The position numbers were made by a program, and so were the translations under genes. The notes under the pieces are model-generated. The model did no database searches. It had not been told where the DNA came from and worked only from the letters and a program-made list of their open reading frames with translations. Of a stretch of DNA of 46,962 nucleotides, positions 1 to 14,366 are shown in pieces (within the stretch, counting starts at the first letter, position 1; each line of letters opens with the position of its first letter). This DNA is from Catajapyx aquilonaris. Taxonomy: Eukaryota. The DNA lies in contig JYFJ02003043.1 of the NCBI GenBank assembly GCA_000934665.2, forward strand, positions 1 to 46,962, given 5' to 3'.

Positions 1-56
1 GAGAACATATTTCGAGCGTATAGCTCAACTTCATTATTTTTGTCTTATTATTTTAG

Positions 57-1648
57 TGTTGGCTGCACTGTTTCGCTGAGAAGATCCGAGTGGTAAGGTA
101 TTATTAATCATCAAACCATTTTCGTCCAAATTCGTATAATAATGTCTACATTACACTTTGTACAACAACATTTCGTGCTGACATCTTTGCCAAAGACTTT
201 TTATTCAAACGACACTGATATAAAAGCAATTTTTTTCGGAATTTCCAAAATTGCGGACATTTTACAAAATTTAAGTAGGTTGCCCAAGGAGGATTTTCGG
301 GGACTTTTCACTGGAGCTTCAGGGGATCCCAAAGAACGTTTTAAAACAAATAATATCTTTCTAAATACAAAAAAAACAAAAAAAAACGTTTCGAGCAATT
401 TTAAGGCTTAATTTTCCTGTACTAAATTTGTAGCCATATTTAGAGAAGAAAGGTTCTTCCGGCGAAGATGTTCAGATGCCCTCACTAGCTAACAAGAAGT
501 TGAATTTCACGATCTTTCGCAGTGCACAGCTATGTAACACCTTACGCAATAGAGTTCATTACAATATAAACTTAGTTTGCATATTGGCGTGATTTTTATA
601 CCAGGGGAACGAGGATCACGGTACATGCATCGTGATATGCATAATATGGCGCCTTATCTATGTAAGGTCAAATTGTACGTGCCTGGTACGTGCAATACTT
701 GGAATTTAAAAAAAAAAAAAAAACTAACTTGCTACAAAAATTACAGACGCAATAAACATAGGGCTGATTCGACTTTTTAACAATGAAACTGTAATAATCG
801 AAAGTCAAGTATTTTTTTCATGGCGGACGTACACAAATATGTGTACCCGTATTAAATCGTTTGCATGTTTCTTGTACAGTATTTGAATTCAGTATGCACA
901 TCCCATTCACAAAGGTACAATCACAAGACAATATCAAGGGGTGAATCGAGTCACAAAAATATTAAAATTCAAGTGAGTTTACTCCAATCTTATTCGATGC
1001 TATTTATTTTTTCAGGTTGACTCAAAAGGAAATGTGAACGCACCAAGGATGGACGAATTACTGTCCAAGCTTAATGAAGGAAACCTGAAAGATGCCCTTA
1101 TGGATGCAAAAGCAGAGTGCCTGGGAAAAAGTCAGATATATATTTCGTCAGCTAAGATGTATTAATCACAATTCGTCCTATTACTCTTTCACAGTCCGAG
1201 TAATTGACGTTACTAGACCTGGCTGTCAAGGTTTCTTGAAGTTTGGTTTGTGTCTAGTTACTGTGATAAAGAGGGTAAGAATTTCTGTACATGCAAAAGC
1301 AGTGCATCAACATCAAAATAGCACAACTTGTTTAACTTTGATCATTGTTCGTTATTGTGCCTCCATATACTGTTACGCATTTACTAATAATGATAATTCA
1401 AGCTGCAATGTGTTTGCTTAAATGAGGAATATAATTACTATTTTGTGGATAATTGTAGAACTGAATGCCTTCAATTTGCAGCTATCAGAAAACACTCTTT
1501 TGAAAACTGGTTGGAAATAACGTGGATTTTTACCTCTCACCTTGCAATTAACTACACAGTACAATGTAACTTTTTATATTTTCAGCATTGTGACAATATC
1601 GTGCAGTACTTCAGGGATTACACCGCGGACCTGGGACCACGCAAGTAA
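57..1648 (+). CDS. Odorant-binding protein (PBP/GOBP)-like secreted protein, copy 1, 5'-partial
   Basis: Exons 57-92, 1016-1130, 1195-1274 and 1586-1648 have GT-AG boundaries. Translation CWLHCFAEKIRV/VDSKGNVN...ECLGK/IRVIDVTRPGCQGFLKFGLCLVTVIKR/HCDNIVQYFRDYTADLGPRK*. Paralogous exon by exon and intron by intron to 3528-5624. C-X3-C and C-X8-C spacings are typical of insect OBPs. Confidence 0.75.
214..365. repeat. Dispersed repeat (probable DNA-transposon fragment) in an OBP copy-1 intron
   Basis: Absent from the paralogous intron of copy 2. It aligns to the reverse complement of ~31960-32108 (ggacttttcactggag vs ctccagtgaaaagtcc). Confidence 0.6.
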
Positions 1649-1910
1649 ATGTGCGGGTGATTGTCCAATTTCTGCTTCCAAAATTACCCCACTGCACATA
1701 TGGCATGATAATAAATTCCCACGTGTTTACCCAGTGACCCCTGGAAATATGACAGTGATTTATTTTTGTCACCTCCCAACAATGAATAGCCCTTACTTGT
1801 CAACTATAGTGCAATCATTTACTCTTACACACAATATTACAGTATGCTAAAACAGTGCACAAAAAATAAATCATGCAAAAGTGATGATTCTTACGGTTCT
1901 TAATTGGAAT

Positions 1911-1913
<3 letters not shown>

Positions 1914-1941
<28 letters not shown>
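1914..1941. repeat. (CA)n microsatellite
   Basis: Uninterrupted CA run. Confidence 0.95.
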
Positions 1942-1945
<4 letters not shown>

Positions 1946-2495
1946 TGTACGTACTGTACAATAAATAAAATATTCATCGAATGTGTTTGTTACTAACCCT
2001 ACTCGTTAAGGAACCAAGGTATACACAGTCAGCTCATTTACTTAGAACCACAAAGCTGGTACTTACACGTCTATGTTTATGACCGTATGTTTGATACCGT
2101 ATTGCGGGATTGGCAGAGGACCGTCTCCAACTTTATATGATCGGATCCCATGAGGATACCGGTAGTACCTGTTTTACGCTGGTAATATATTGGTTCCAGC
2201 AAAATGCGGCGTAAAATGAAAAGGCGTAAAACGAGACAAAATTATAATGGTCCCAAGTAAATGAGATCCCCCTCAAAAACGCACTCGTAAAAAACGCGCC
2301 AAGTCTTCCGCCGAAAAAACCTGTGAGATAGTGTCTGCTGGGAGCCAAGCCTTGTCCACTCCGCCGTACAAAGTCGTGAGATCGTGGTGGACGCCAAGCC
2401 TTTCTTCGAGGCTATAAGCTAAGTGAGATGACTTGGCCTGACTTGGTTCACGGGCACGAGGAACAATACACGTTTCTTTTTGATAACCGCGACCG

Positions 2496-2860
2496 ATTAT
2501 CAATTCGGTTGGAATTTTTTTCGTGTTTGCGGTGCCATAATCTGGATCCGAGATGGCCAACTTCCGGTTTTGGACTTTTCCTCGCGGTATCAGACAAGGA
2601 CCAATATTTGTACAAAATTTGGGATCTGTGCAATAACTAGAACTGGTGATTTTAAAATTATTTTCACCAACTATTATCAATTTTGTTGGAATTTTTTTCG
2701 TGTTTGAATGGCGGCAATCTGGACCCAAGATGGCCGACTTCCGGTTTTGGACTTTTCCTGGCGGTATCAGACGAGGACAAATTTTTGTACCAAATTTGGG
2801 ATCTGTACGATAACTGGAACTGGTCACTTTAAAATTATTATCGCCACCTATTATCAATTA
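2496..2860. repeat. 177-bp tandem repeat, two full units, probably internal to a non-autonomous element
   Basis: The anchor attatcaatt recurs at 2496, 2673 and 2850. Both units share agatggcc.acttccggttttggacttttcct and aaatttgggatctgt. Confidence 0.85.
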
Positions 2861-3527
2861 TGTTTTTCAAGTTGCAAGTTTTCAAGTTGCAATTGTTTTT
2901 TTGTTTGTTTTTTTTGCCCATGGCAACAGGATTTTGTTGGTGATTTTCATGGAAACAGACCGTGCGAAGCAGGGACACAGCGAAATAACAAGGAAGTCAA
3001 AAAATTGAAAGAACCTATTTCAGCGACAACCTTCAGAAGAGGCGAAACTTCCATACGATATTTTCCGGGCGTTGTTGTCCACAAAAGTAGCTTCCTCACA
3101 GCAACTTGTGATTCCCACGCTCTAGTGTGAACTCCCAATGACTCTGAATACAAAATATGNGGGGGGGGAGGGGAAACAGGGCCTTATGTTAATATGGTCA
3201 TTGGTATTATCATTGTTGGCTTAAGGGCATCGCATCGGAACACTCTTCTGCTATACATGATGGTGTCAACACAATGTATGAGCACACTATCAAGGTTTTT
3301 GCGTGTCCACAAAACCGATGTACGATTACACGTTTGTTCAAATGATTTGCATATTTGTTGTGCTGGTTATTGCATTTTTGATTGCGATCAACATCCTGCG
3401 CACTGATTTTGACAAAAAAAAGGAAGTCTTTGTGAGGAAGGAAAAAGGTTCATGATAAAATGTGTTCATGTACGCAGTTGAGGTCTCAGTGAGCCTACTG
3501 CAGTAGTACAGAAATCAACTGCTGGCC

Positions 3528-5624
3528 ATGATGCTGAATTGTCGTGTGTCCCTCCTGGTGACTCTGGTTGTCACTGTGCTTCAGTTCTCACAGGTAAAAA
3601 AGTGTTGCCCAAAATTTTCGAGATGGCCTAACTGTATATATACACATGTAAAATTAATTACTTTCCAGAATGTATCTGCTGCAGGTACTGAACCTCCTCC
3701 AATATGTGATTTCGATAGCCCAGAATTGCTGGAATTTTTGGGACCAGTGAACGAATGTCTGGACCTCCATTCTGCAAACCTATTGGTGAGTTCGTAATTT
3801 CAAGTAGACGGAGAATATCTCGGAGAATATATTTCGAGCGTATGACTCTACTTCATTATTTTGTGTCCAATTTCTTTTAGTGTTGGCTGCAGTGTTTCGC
3901 TGAGAAGATCGGAGTGGTAAGATATTATTTTGCGCCAAAGCATTTTTGTCCAATCTCGTTCAATATGTACAATTTTACGTCTAAATTACACTTTGTACAA
4001 CAACATTTCGTGCTGACATCTTTGCTAATGACATGCAATTTTTAATTCAAACGACACTTCGCCCAAATATTTTTGTCCAATTGCCATCACTAACTTGCAA
4101 GCATGAATGAAGAATATTTTCCTACTATTGTAATTTGTTTAAGGCATATTATTTTAGAAGATAATTTCTTCCGACGAAGTGCTAGTTTCGTTAAAGCAAA
4201 TTTAAAAATATCAAAATCACGATATTCATTTGTCTCCACTTGCTTACATTGAAGTAGAATTTCATGATCTTTCGCAATGCAGGCCTATGTAACACTTCCG
4301 TAATAGAGTAATTTACCATATCTGATGTCTGCATGTCGGCGTGATTTTATACCAGGTGACAGAGGATGACGGTACATGCATTGTGATATGCATAATCTGG
4401 TGCCTTATCTATGTAAGGTCAAATTGTAGTGTGCGATACTTGGAATATATCTAACTGCGCAGTACACTGAATCCTCATTACGCTTTTGAAAATTATTGCC
4501 TGCACAACAAAAATAGTAAATGAAATAAACAATATTTTTTAAACACAGACCATGACGTAGAATTGCGATAGTGCTTGACTTTTTGAGGGGTTTATTCAGT
4601 AGTATGAAAACACGGATGGAGTCGCAAATATTAATTAAAAAACTAACTTACTATACAAAATTTACAGACGCAATAAACATAGGGCCGATTGTACTTTTTA
4701 TCAATGAAACTATAATAATCGAAAGTCAAGTATTTTTTTCATGGCGGACATAAATATGCGTACCCGTATGTATTTGCATCGTTTGCATGTTTCTTTGTAG
4801 TACAGTATATATGAATTCAATATGCACATTCCACTCACAATGGTACAATAACAAGACAAAATCTAGGGGTGATTCGTGTCTCAAAATATTAAAATTCAAG
4901 TGAGTTTATGACTCCGATCTTATTCGATGCTATTTATTTTTTCAGGTTGACAAAAAAGGAAATGTGAACATAGGAAAGTTGGAGGAATTGCTGGCCAAGT
5001 TACCGGAAGGAAACCTGAAAACTGCCCTAGCCAATTCAAAAACAGAGTGCCTGGGAAAATGTCAGATATATTTTTCTATCAATTTAATTGATCCAAATCG
5101 CCAGCTAAGATGTGTTATTTAAATCCCAATTCGTCCTATTACTCTTTCACAGCCCGAGTAATTGACGTTACTAGACCGAGCTGCCAAGGTTACTTGAAGT
5201 TTGGTTTGTGTATAGTTACTGTGATGAAGAAGGTAAGAATTTATTTCTGTACATGTAAAAGCAGTGCATCAGCATCAAAATAGCACAACTGGTTTAACTT
5301 TTGATCACTGTTCGTTATTGTGCCTCCATATATACTGTTACGCATTTATTAATTTAATGATAGTTCAAGCTGCAATGTGTTTGTTTAAATGCGGAATATA
5401 ATTACTATTTATGGATGATAAGTATTGAATGCCTTCAATTTGCAGCTATCAGAAAACACTCATTTGAAAACTGGTTGAAAATAACTTGGACTCTATTTTA
5501 CTTTGCAATTAATTCACACAGTACAATGTACAATGTAACTTTTTTATATTTTCAGTCTTGTGACAATCTCGTGCAGTACTTCAGGGATTACACCGCTCAA
5601 CTGGCAAAAGGAAAAGGCAGATAA
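3528..5624 (+). CDS. Odorant-binding protein (PBP/GOBP)-like secreted protein, copy 2, ~160 aa with 8 mature Cys
   Basis: Exons 3528-3593 (signal peptide), 3669-3785, 3881-3916, 4946-5060, 5153-5232 and 5556-5624 join in frame. Cys pattern C-X16-C-X9-C-X3-C-X41-C-X13-C-X8-C-X8-C. The segment CWLQCFAEKIGVVDKKGNVN is a typical OBP C2-C3 region. Confidence 0.8.
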
Positions 5625-5926
5625 ATGTGCAGGTGATTGTCCAATTGCTGATTCCAAAATTACCCTACTGCACATATGGCATGATAATAAATTCCCACGT
5701 GTTACCCAGTGACCCCTGGGAAAATGACAATGTTTTATTTTTGTCACCTCTCAACAATGTCACCTCTAGAGCAATCATTTACTACACAAATATTACAGTA
5801 TGCTAAAACAGCGCACAAAAAAAATCACGTGAAAGTGCCGATTCAATCACAGCTTGTACAATAAATGAAAATGTTCATCTAATGTGTTTGTTCCTAATCC
5901 TACTCGTTAATGGTCAATAGGCCTAC

Positions 5927-6091
5927 ATTATAATACAGTGCGAAAAACGAAACGACGATCTGACGGCATCATTTTGTTCCCATGCAACAATAGGCGTAAA
6001 CAATGTTCTTTTTGTTGACATCCTGTTTACTCGTATTGTTGTGTGACGATGACGTCAGATCGTCGTTTCGTTTTCCGCACAATATTATAAT
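5927..6091. mobile_element. Palindromic MITE-like element
   Basis: attataatacagtgcgaaaaacgaaacgacgatctgacg ... cgtcagatcgtcgtttcgttttccgcacaatattataat are reverse-complementary arms. Confidence 0.75.
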
Positions 6092-6496
6092 CACACCCAA
6101 CAATGATGTAAGATTAGGCCTACAATAAAATATCTAGCCTGATCCTATCCACCACAATATTATTAACGCGAAAAAGTCTACTCGAATCACGCTCACGTGA
6201 TTTTTTTTTCTTCTCCCATCTTTTTTTCTATTCAATAAAAGACGAATCACGACAATATGTAACCAGTCACTCTATCTACACAATGCAAATTCAAATGTGG
6301 CAACCAATATTCGAAAAAGGCGCCTTTTGACTGCAGAGAAGCCATTCCACTAATTTCAGACAATACCAGTAGGCCGTGTGTAGTATCGATTTGCGGACTT
6401 GTGTTGATAAAAGGTGAGGGTGTTTCTCAAATTATTATTTGCAAATTATTATTATTTAAATTACATTAATACACGCTCATGCCAACTGATGTGCAG

Positions 6497-7866
6497 ATGG
6501 ACCGACTGGAGTACACAGAGGCCTCAACAGGGCCAGGAGAAGTGGTGCGGCATAAGCAGAAGGGAATCAGGCTGTACGATGGAGACAACAAGGTTTGTTG
6601 TGATAAAAGACTAATACAGTTTAAAGTAATTGCGCTAAGTACTGATGCACTTTACAGACGTCGTTTGAAGGAGGTGAGATGTGGCTAAGCACTCATCGTC
6701 TGCTGTGGTGCAAACCCGGCGTATGCTTAGGACTACACTTGCATCAGGTGGTGCTGGTCGAAGAGGAGCACGTAGGGTTTGGCTTATTGGGACGCAGCAG
6801 TAAAATCACCATATTTCTCACACAGGCACTGCCAGGTAATTGCACTGTAACAATTAAAGAGATGCGCAAGGCTCACGTTGTCATTTGTTCGCAGGAAAAG
6901 GACCAGGACCGGTCGAAAGGAGCGTGTTTCATTACATAAAGTTGTCGTTCACCGACGGAGGTGAGCCGGCTTTCTTCAAACAGTTGGAACAAGTGCTGGA
7001 AGAAAAAGCGTGGACCAAAACCCAGCATGTACCCGGAAAGGTATAATGATTGTTTCGCTATTTCTCGTCTGATTAAAACCGGTTTGCATTAGCCATTGCA
7101 GAACACAGCAATTCGATCCGGGATCGTCGGAATTGAGCGTCAGATTCACGAGAAGCAGCGTGAGACGGACGCTAACATATCGAAGGCCTTCGAGGACCTC
7201 AGCAAGCTGATGAACATGGCTAAAGATATGGTGTCCTTGGCGAAGAACATATCGAGCAAGATCAAGGAAAAGCAAGGCGACATCACTGAAGACGAGACGG
7301 TTCGGTTCAAGTCCTACTTGCTGAGCCTAGGAATAGACGACCCTGTAACTCGAGAAATGTACGGAAGCGGAGATGCTTACCACGCTGGCCTTGCAAAGCA
7401 GCTTGTCCATATACTAGAAAAACCTGTTGAGGTAATGAACTCATCTAGTAATTACCTATTTGAACTAATCAGCTGTTTGCAGGAATCGGGCGGTATGCTG
7501 TCCTTAACTGACGCTTATTGCCTTGTGAACCGTGCCCGCGGCCTGGAGTTGCTGTCGCCTGAGGATCTTCTGCGTGCCTGCAACATGCTGTCTCCTCTCA
7601 GCCTGCCCTTGGTTCTCCGCAAGTTCGATTCGGGCGTCCTAGTGATACAGATGAGCAGCCATAGCGACCAACAAGTGATCAATCACACCGTGGCCCTTAT
7701 GGAGTCTCAGGAATCCCTGAGTGCGGAAGAGCTTGCACAAAGCACGGGCGTGTCCATGCTGCTGGCCAAGGAGAGGCTGCTGGTCTGCGAAAAGGCAGGG
7801 AAGGCCTGCAGGGACGACACGGTTGAAGGACTCAGGTTTTATCCTAATCGATTCCTCGCTGAGTGA
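6497..7866 (+). CDS. VPS36: ESCRT-II subunit VPS36 (GLUE plus winged-helix domains)
   Basis: Exons 6497-6592, 6658-6835, 6895-7040, 7093(or 7102)-7431 and 7483-7866. Motifs [81 protein letters not shown]. Confidence 0.96.
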
Positions 7867-7896
7867 TGCAAATTTTTGTGCTTAATTTATTAGATT

Positions 7897-9702
<1,806 letters not shown>

Positions 9703-9984
9703 CAGGAACCCTAATTAAAACAGCATGGAACGAATCGAACGTTTCTTTCGTGACGTGTAAGTGTTAATGAGGCAGCTTCCAACACCTGCCGACAGAGGCG
9801 CCACAATCGCCAGGGTTGCCAATTAGACGGTTGGCAGGCCTGGACCAGGGTTGCCAATTGATGTGTGGCACCCCTGATTTTTTTTTTTTTCAGATTTCCT
9901 ATAAATAAGTTGAGGTAAATGGTATGTGTTTTTTGATCTGTTAATGTTGGTCTAATTGCTTTTTCGTTCAAGTACTGCAGTGCG
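9703..9984. promoter_or_regulatory. Bidirectional promoter region between UFM1/FANCF-like (-) and ZNF511-like (+)
   Basis: The two ATGs are 283 bp apart, head-to-head. Two CAGGGTTGCCA copies (~9810, ~9846) and a related TGGCACCCCTG resemble the TGGCAAC-type housekeeping promoter motif (Ohler motif 8/DMv2). Confidence 0.6.
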
Positions 9985-10538
9985 ATGGATGTGTGGGAGG
10001 AGGTAGGAAAGTTTGCGTTTGGACGCCTTCAGGCCGGACATAGGTTCTTGTCCGGTGGGAACAAGTTTTGCTGCTGGGAGCGACCCATGGCTGTCTTTCA
10101 GGATGAGGAGCAGGATGGGTATGAAGTTGTGCGGACCAGAATATTTTAAAACATTATGATGCCTCAAATTTTGTTTGCAGGAAACCGATGAGCTGTGCTG
10201 AAACTGGGTGCAACGAGGAGTTCAGTAGCGTTTGGGAGTCCGAACTTCACTATGAGCATTCGCACCGATATGCATGCGTAGAATGCGGAATGCCATTCCC
10301 TACATCGCATTTGTTAGAACTGCATGCGACTGAGAAGCATGGGAATTCAGCACTTGCAGGACAGGTGTACCGGTGCTTTCTGCGCACTTGCGACCATACA
10401 TTTTCCTCTCTCGAACTGAGGAAGGAACATTGCGTTACGCAGCATTTCTTTCCGCCACATTGTGCTTATTTTGAAGACTCGCAACCTGCCACGCCGTTGA
10501 ATTCTATGAAGGCATTGCGGCATGCCTTACCAGATTGA
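9985..10538 (+). CDS. ZNF511: ZNF511 / lethal(2)k10201-like C2H2 zinc-finger protein
   Basis: Exons 9985-10118 and 10181-10538 join in frame. Three fingers: CAETGC...ELHYEHSH, CVEC...FPTSHLLELHATEKH, YRCFLRTC...RKEHCVTQHFFP. Confidence 0.8.
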
Positions 10539-11167
10539 AAGTGGCCAAAAGTGTGCTTCATATGTACCATGTTTGATGGCAAAAAATTGCTCAAAAAAGC
10601 GCAAATACACTAATGTACAGAAAACTAGACAATGATCTGACGTCATTGTTTCTTCCATTGTTGCTTTTTATTGACACTGGTTACTCGGATTGTTCCGTGA
10701 AGGTATTTCCATGGAAACCTTGATGACATCAGATCGTTCTCTCGTTTTCTGTACGTTAGGAACTTTTTTTCCTGAGTATGATCTGCTGAAATGGGGGTGC
10801 ATCTTATATGCCATTAAATACAGTATTTGTCTCAGCGATAATACAGTACAATGAATGATGAACAATGGAATGTTTATTTCCTTGCCAAGGTCTGACTGAA
10901 TCAGATATGCAAATTTTGTTGATTTTTATGCACACATTGACCAAGGGAACACCTTCAAACAAGGAGGAAAGGCAAAATATGGCTCACAATTCACTTTAGT
11001 CGTGAATGAACATTTCTGCTGACAGTTCCCATGCACACATGTGCAAGTAATATCTCATTCTTTCCCCTAAATTTGTTTCACTAGGGTAGTGTGCGTACCG
11101 CCTCATATGACTTGTTTGTATTAAATCTAGCCTAGTGCAAAATGTAATACAAAATCATGTCATTTTT

Positions 11168-12259
11168 TCAATGCGGAATATATTCAATCCAAAAAGATTG
11201 GTAATTAGGTTTCAATCCTAGTTTTCTAACCATTTCTAGTGAAGGTGTATTGTCCGTTTTGATTTCAAAATATGGAGTCACTCCCGTCTGAGCCAAGGAT
11301 TTGATGGCCGATCCAAGCAGGAGGTATCCGTAACCTCGCTTCCGGTATTGAGGAAGAGTGTGCATCATGCCTAAGGAACCGTCGCTTTGTTGGAGAATCC
11401 ACGAGACAAGCTGCCGATCAGGGTTTGCGTACAGGCCCATGGAGAAACCATGACAGATTAAGTTGCGCACTAGATGAATTGTGTTTGGTCCAGTGTATGT
11501 CCAGCACTTGTCGACCAACTCGGCCGATTCATCTTTGAGTGGGGCTAGAAATGTGTCTGGCGGATACCTGGAAAGAAATGCAACGATAATAAAATTAGTT
11601 TTTAATTACGTGGATTCAATTTTAATTTACTTGTGGATGTAGTGCACTGTACCTTGCTGTATCTGTGTTCAATGAAGTTGTGTCAGTGACTGCATAAACA
11701 TGACAAGGCGTCTTCAGGTCTAGGGTTCCGTGTGGTTTTACAATCTCTTTCAGGTACGGTATTAAGTCCTCATTATCTAGCACCATGTAAAAGTGCTCCT
11801 TCCAATCAATACAGTCCAAATTGTGTAATACAGTGGATGGATTTGTTGCAAAGACTGTCCACCAGAAACTCCTGCTGTTCATACCCTATGGAACAGACAA
11901 AATATAGGTTCTTAAGATTGCCGTAATTACTTTTAGTGGCAGTGACCATACCACGAACCGTACCATTCTGGCAGCACAAATGAAGTCTTGCTCATCAGAT
12001 ATATCCTCCCAAGCGTACAACTGCTTCGGAAAAGGATCCACTTTCTTCTCAGATGTCCGATTGTGGTGAAAGTTAACGACCGAGTGCACCTGGAAACGTA
12101 TACCAATATGTTTAATGCTCTATGAAATATGTATGATTCAAGACTTACCCTTGTGCTGGTGGGGAAATGTTTCGCCAATTTGTTCACAATCCGAGTCATA
12201 TCAGTCAGGTCTGTCAGCTGACGAACCTTCATTGCTGTGTACATTTTTGTGTCAGACAT
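11168..12259 (-). CDS. GNAT acyltransferase (glycine N-acyltransferase / FR47-like)
   Basis: Exons 12259-12149, 12089-11964, 11885-11653 and 11567-11168 join in frame. GSLGMMHTLPQYRKRGYG is an acetyl-CoA motif A, followed by DNTPSLEMVRKLG. The start Met is uncertain. Confidence 0.85.
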
Positions 12260-12483
12260 CTGTGATATGTGGAGCAATTGCTGCTTATCTGAAATGCGAA
12301 TAATCTCCTCTAGGTGGCAGTAAAGCCGTGGAGTGACCCAAATTGTCCATGTACTGTACTATGCATACATTTCGTTAATATCCAACATTTTCCTACATGT
12401 TCAACAAGAATAAAATTAATCGAATTTTGAACATATGTGGAGTTCAAAGTTCGTGTTTTCTAAGGTCAATGAAAACATTTTTG

Positions 12484-12736
12484 TTGCTAGTTCACTGTTG
12501 GAATTTTTTTTTCCATCATTACAATTCTTATTGGTACATGCACCCTGTACCGACATTCTCGAAAAAAAAGTGCCAAGTACACACCCAAACAAATTTCAGG
12601 CCAACAAAAAGGTTTTTGTTGGCCTATAATTTGTTTGGGTGTGTACTTGGCACTTTTTTTTCGAGAATGTCAGTACAAGGTGCATGTACCAATAAGAATT
12701 GTAATGATGATTTTTTTTTCCAACAGTGAATAGCAA
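12484..12736. mobile_element. Near-perfect foldback element (~125-bp arms)
   Basis: Arms are reverse-complementary around ~12611 (ggccaacaaaaa gg tttttgttggcc). Confidence 0.85.
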
Positions 12737-13212
12737 TTTTGACCCACTCTGACCACAAATAAGAAGGTCACAATCTGCTTCTGCAATATTGGAATATTTT
12801 CAGCACAATTTGGCTCAAAATAATATTTTTAACGCAATGACTCACTCTATACTATAGCGTACAATAGATGCTTAGGCCGGGTCTGTGGGAACTATGAATA
12901 GACCAGGTAAGCAGACAGTGATAAAAGAGTTGTCAGCATCCACGCTGACACACATGTATACCTTGGCAACACATCAATAAACCAATTGTCCCTTTAAAAA
13001 ATTTCCCTTTTCCTTTTTATACACACCGCTCCACAAGTATCTGATCAACCACATTTGGTCCTCTATATGTTCATCCACAAGTTAATATTGGAATCGTTAT
13101 CTGCCCATAAAGCACTCCCGGAAGCACGGAATATTGGTGCCTAATTTTTAGGCCCAAAAATAAGCTCAAGGATACATCCCCTCACACAGCAAGTAGCAGA
13201 CCCAGAGTGAAG

Positions 13213-14366
13213 ATGAACTCGAACTTGGTCGCAGCCTCCTTACGAGGAGACCTGCAAGAAGTGCAGGATCTGGTGGTCAAAGGTGCGGATGTGACCTCAA
13301 AGGACGATTCGGGTGACACCGCGTTGCATTGGGCAGCCAGAGGTGGACATGCGGACGTTGTCCAGTATTTGATCCAACAAGGAGCAAGAGTGGACCAAAG
13401 AGGCGAGGATGACATGACACCGTTGCATTGCGCTGCTTTTAGTGGTCGCAATTTGGTCGTCCGATTGCTGCTGGAGAAAGGGGCGTCACCTGATTTGCAA
13501 GAGAAGTACGGCAAGACTGCGAGACAACTTGCGCTGGACTGGGAAAACTCAGAGACGGACAAGCTGATTGGTGAAGAGACAACCAGAAGGAAAGAGCGGT
13601 ACCAGGAATGGTTGAAAAAGCAGGTGATTATACGTAGCATTGCAACCTTGGAATTTACTGATGGGAACTGGTCCAAACTTTGGGGGCAATTAAGGCATTT
13701 TATGAGCTTGAGGGTGACAGGTGGCCGAATTCCAGGCTGATGATGATGGCATGCACTTGAAACACTTTATCCATTTGCTTCCAGATGAACAACGCTCTTT
13801 TGGTGGCTTCGTACTATGGGGACCTGAACAAAGTAAAAGACTTGGTCAAAAAGGGTGCGGATGTGACCCACAGAGGAGCCAGATTTGGGGACAGTCCAAT
13901 CCACTGGGCAGCCAAAGGTGGTCATCTCCAAGTGGTAGAGTACCTCCTGAAGATTGGGGTCAAACCGGATGAGCGTGCTCTACACGGCTGGGCACCGCTG
14001 CATTGGGCTGTGCTGCAGGGTCATCTGGAGGTCAGCTCGATCCTGATCCAACATGGGTCAGACACCCGTGCACCTGACTGGTATGGGAATCATCCGGTAC
14101 ACATGGCTTCCAGGGCAGGTCATGTCGAATTGGTGCGTCTTCTTCTGGACAACGGATCAACCGCGGAGGACGTTGGGGCTTTTGGAAGGACACCGTTGCA
14201 TTGTGCTGCTGCTGGTGGACATGTGACAGTTGGACAAATCTTGGTCCAGAAAGGAGCGTCGTTGGAGGTGAAAGACGAGGATGGAAAGACACCTTTGCAT
14301 CTGGCTTGTGGTCGGAGGCACTTGGAGATGACTCGAATGTTGCATCAGCTGTTAAAAGAAAAATAA
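13213..14366 (+). CDS. Ankyrin-repeat protein, two coding exons (~330 aa)
   Basis: Exon 13213-13623 (CAG|GTGATT) joins in phase 0 to 13785-14366 (TTCCAG|ATG). Repeated G.TPLH.AA..GH..VV..LL..GA motifs. Confidence 0.85.

Noticed and set aside
2496..2860. CRISPR-like or other prokaryotic array
   Set aside because: The units are long and contiguous with no unique spacers, no cas genes are present, and the context is eukaryotic.
2133..3130. ORFs of 71-194 aa in several frames
   Set aside because: Mostly produced by the 177-bp repeat and its flanks; no recognisable domain or splice structure.
3155..3175. G-run as a G-quadruplex
   Set aside because: It directly follows an N base, so the local assembly is unreliable.
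13182..13676. 164-aa minus-strand ORF
   Set aside because: Antisense shadow of the ankyrin exon.
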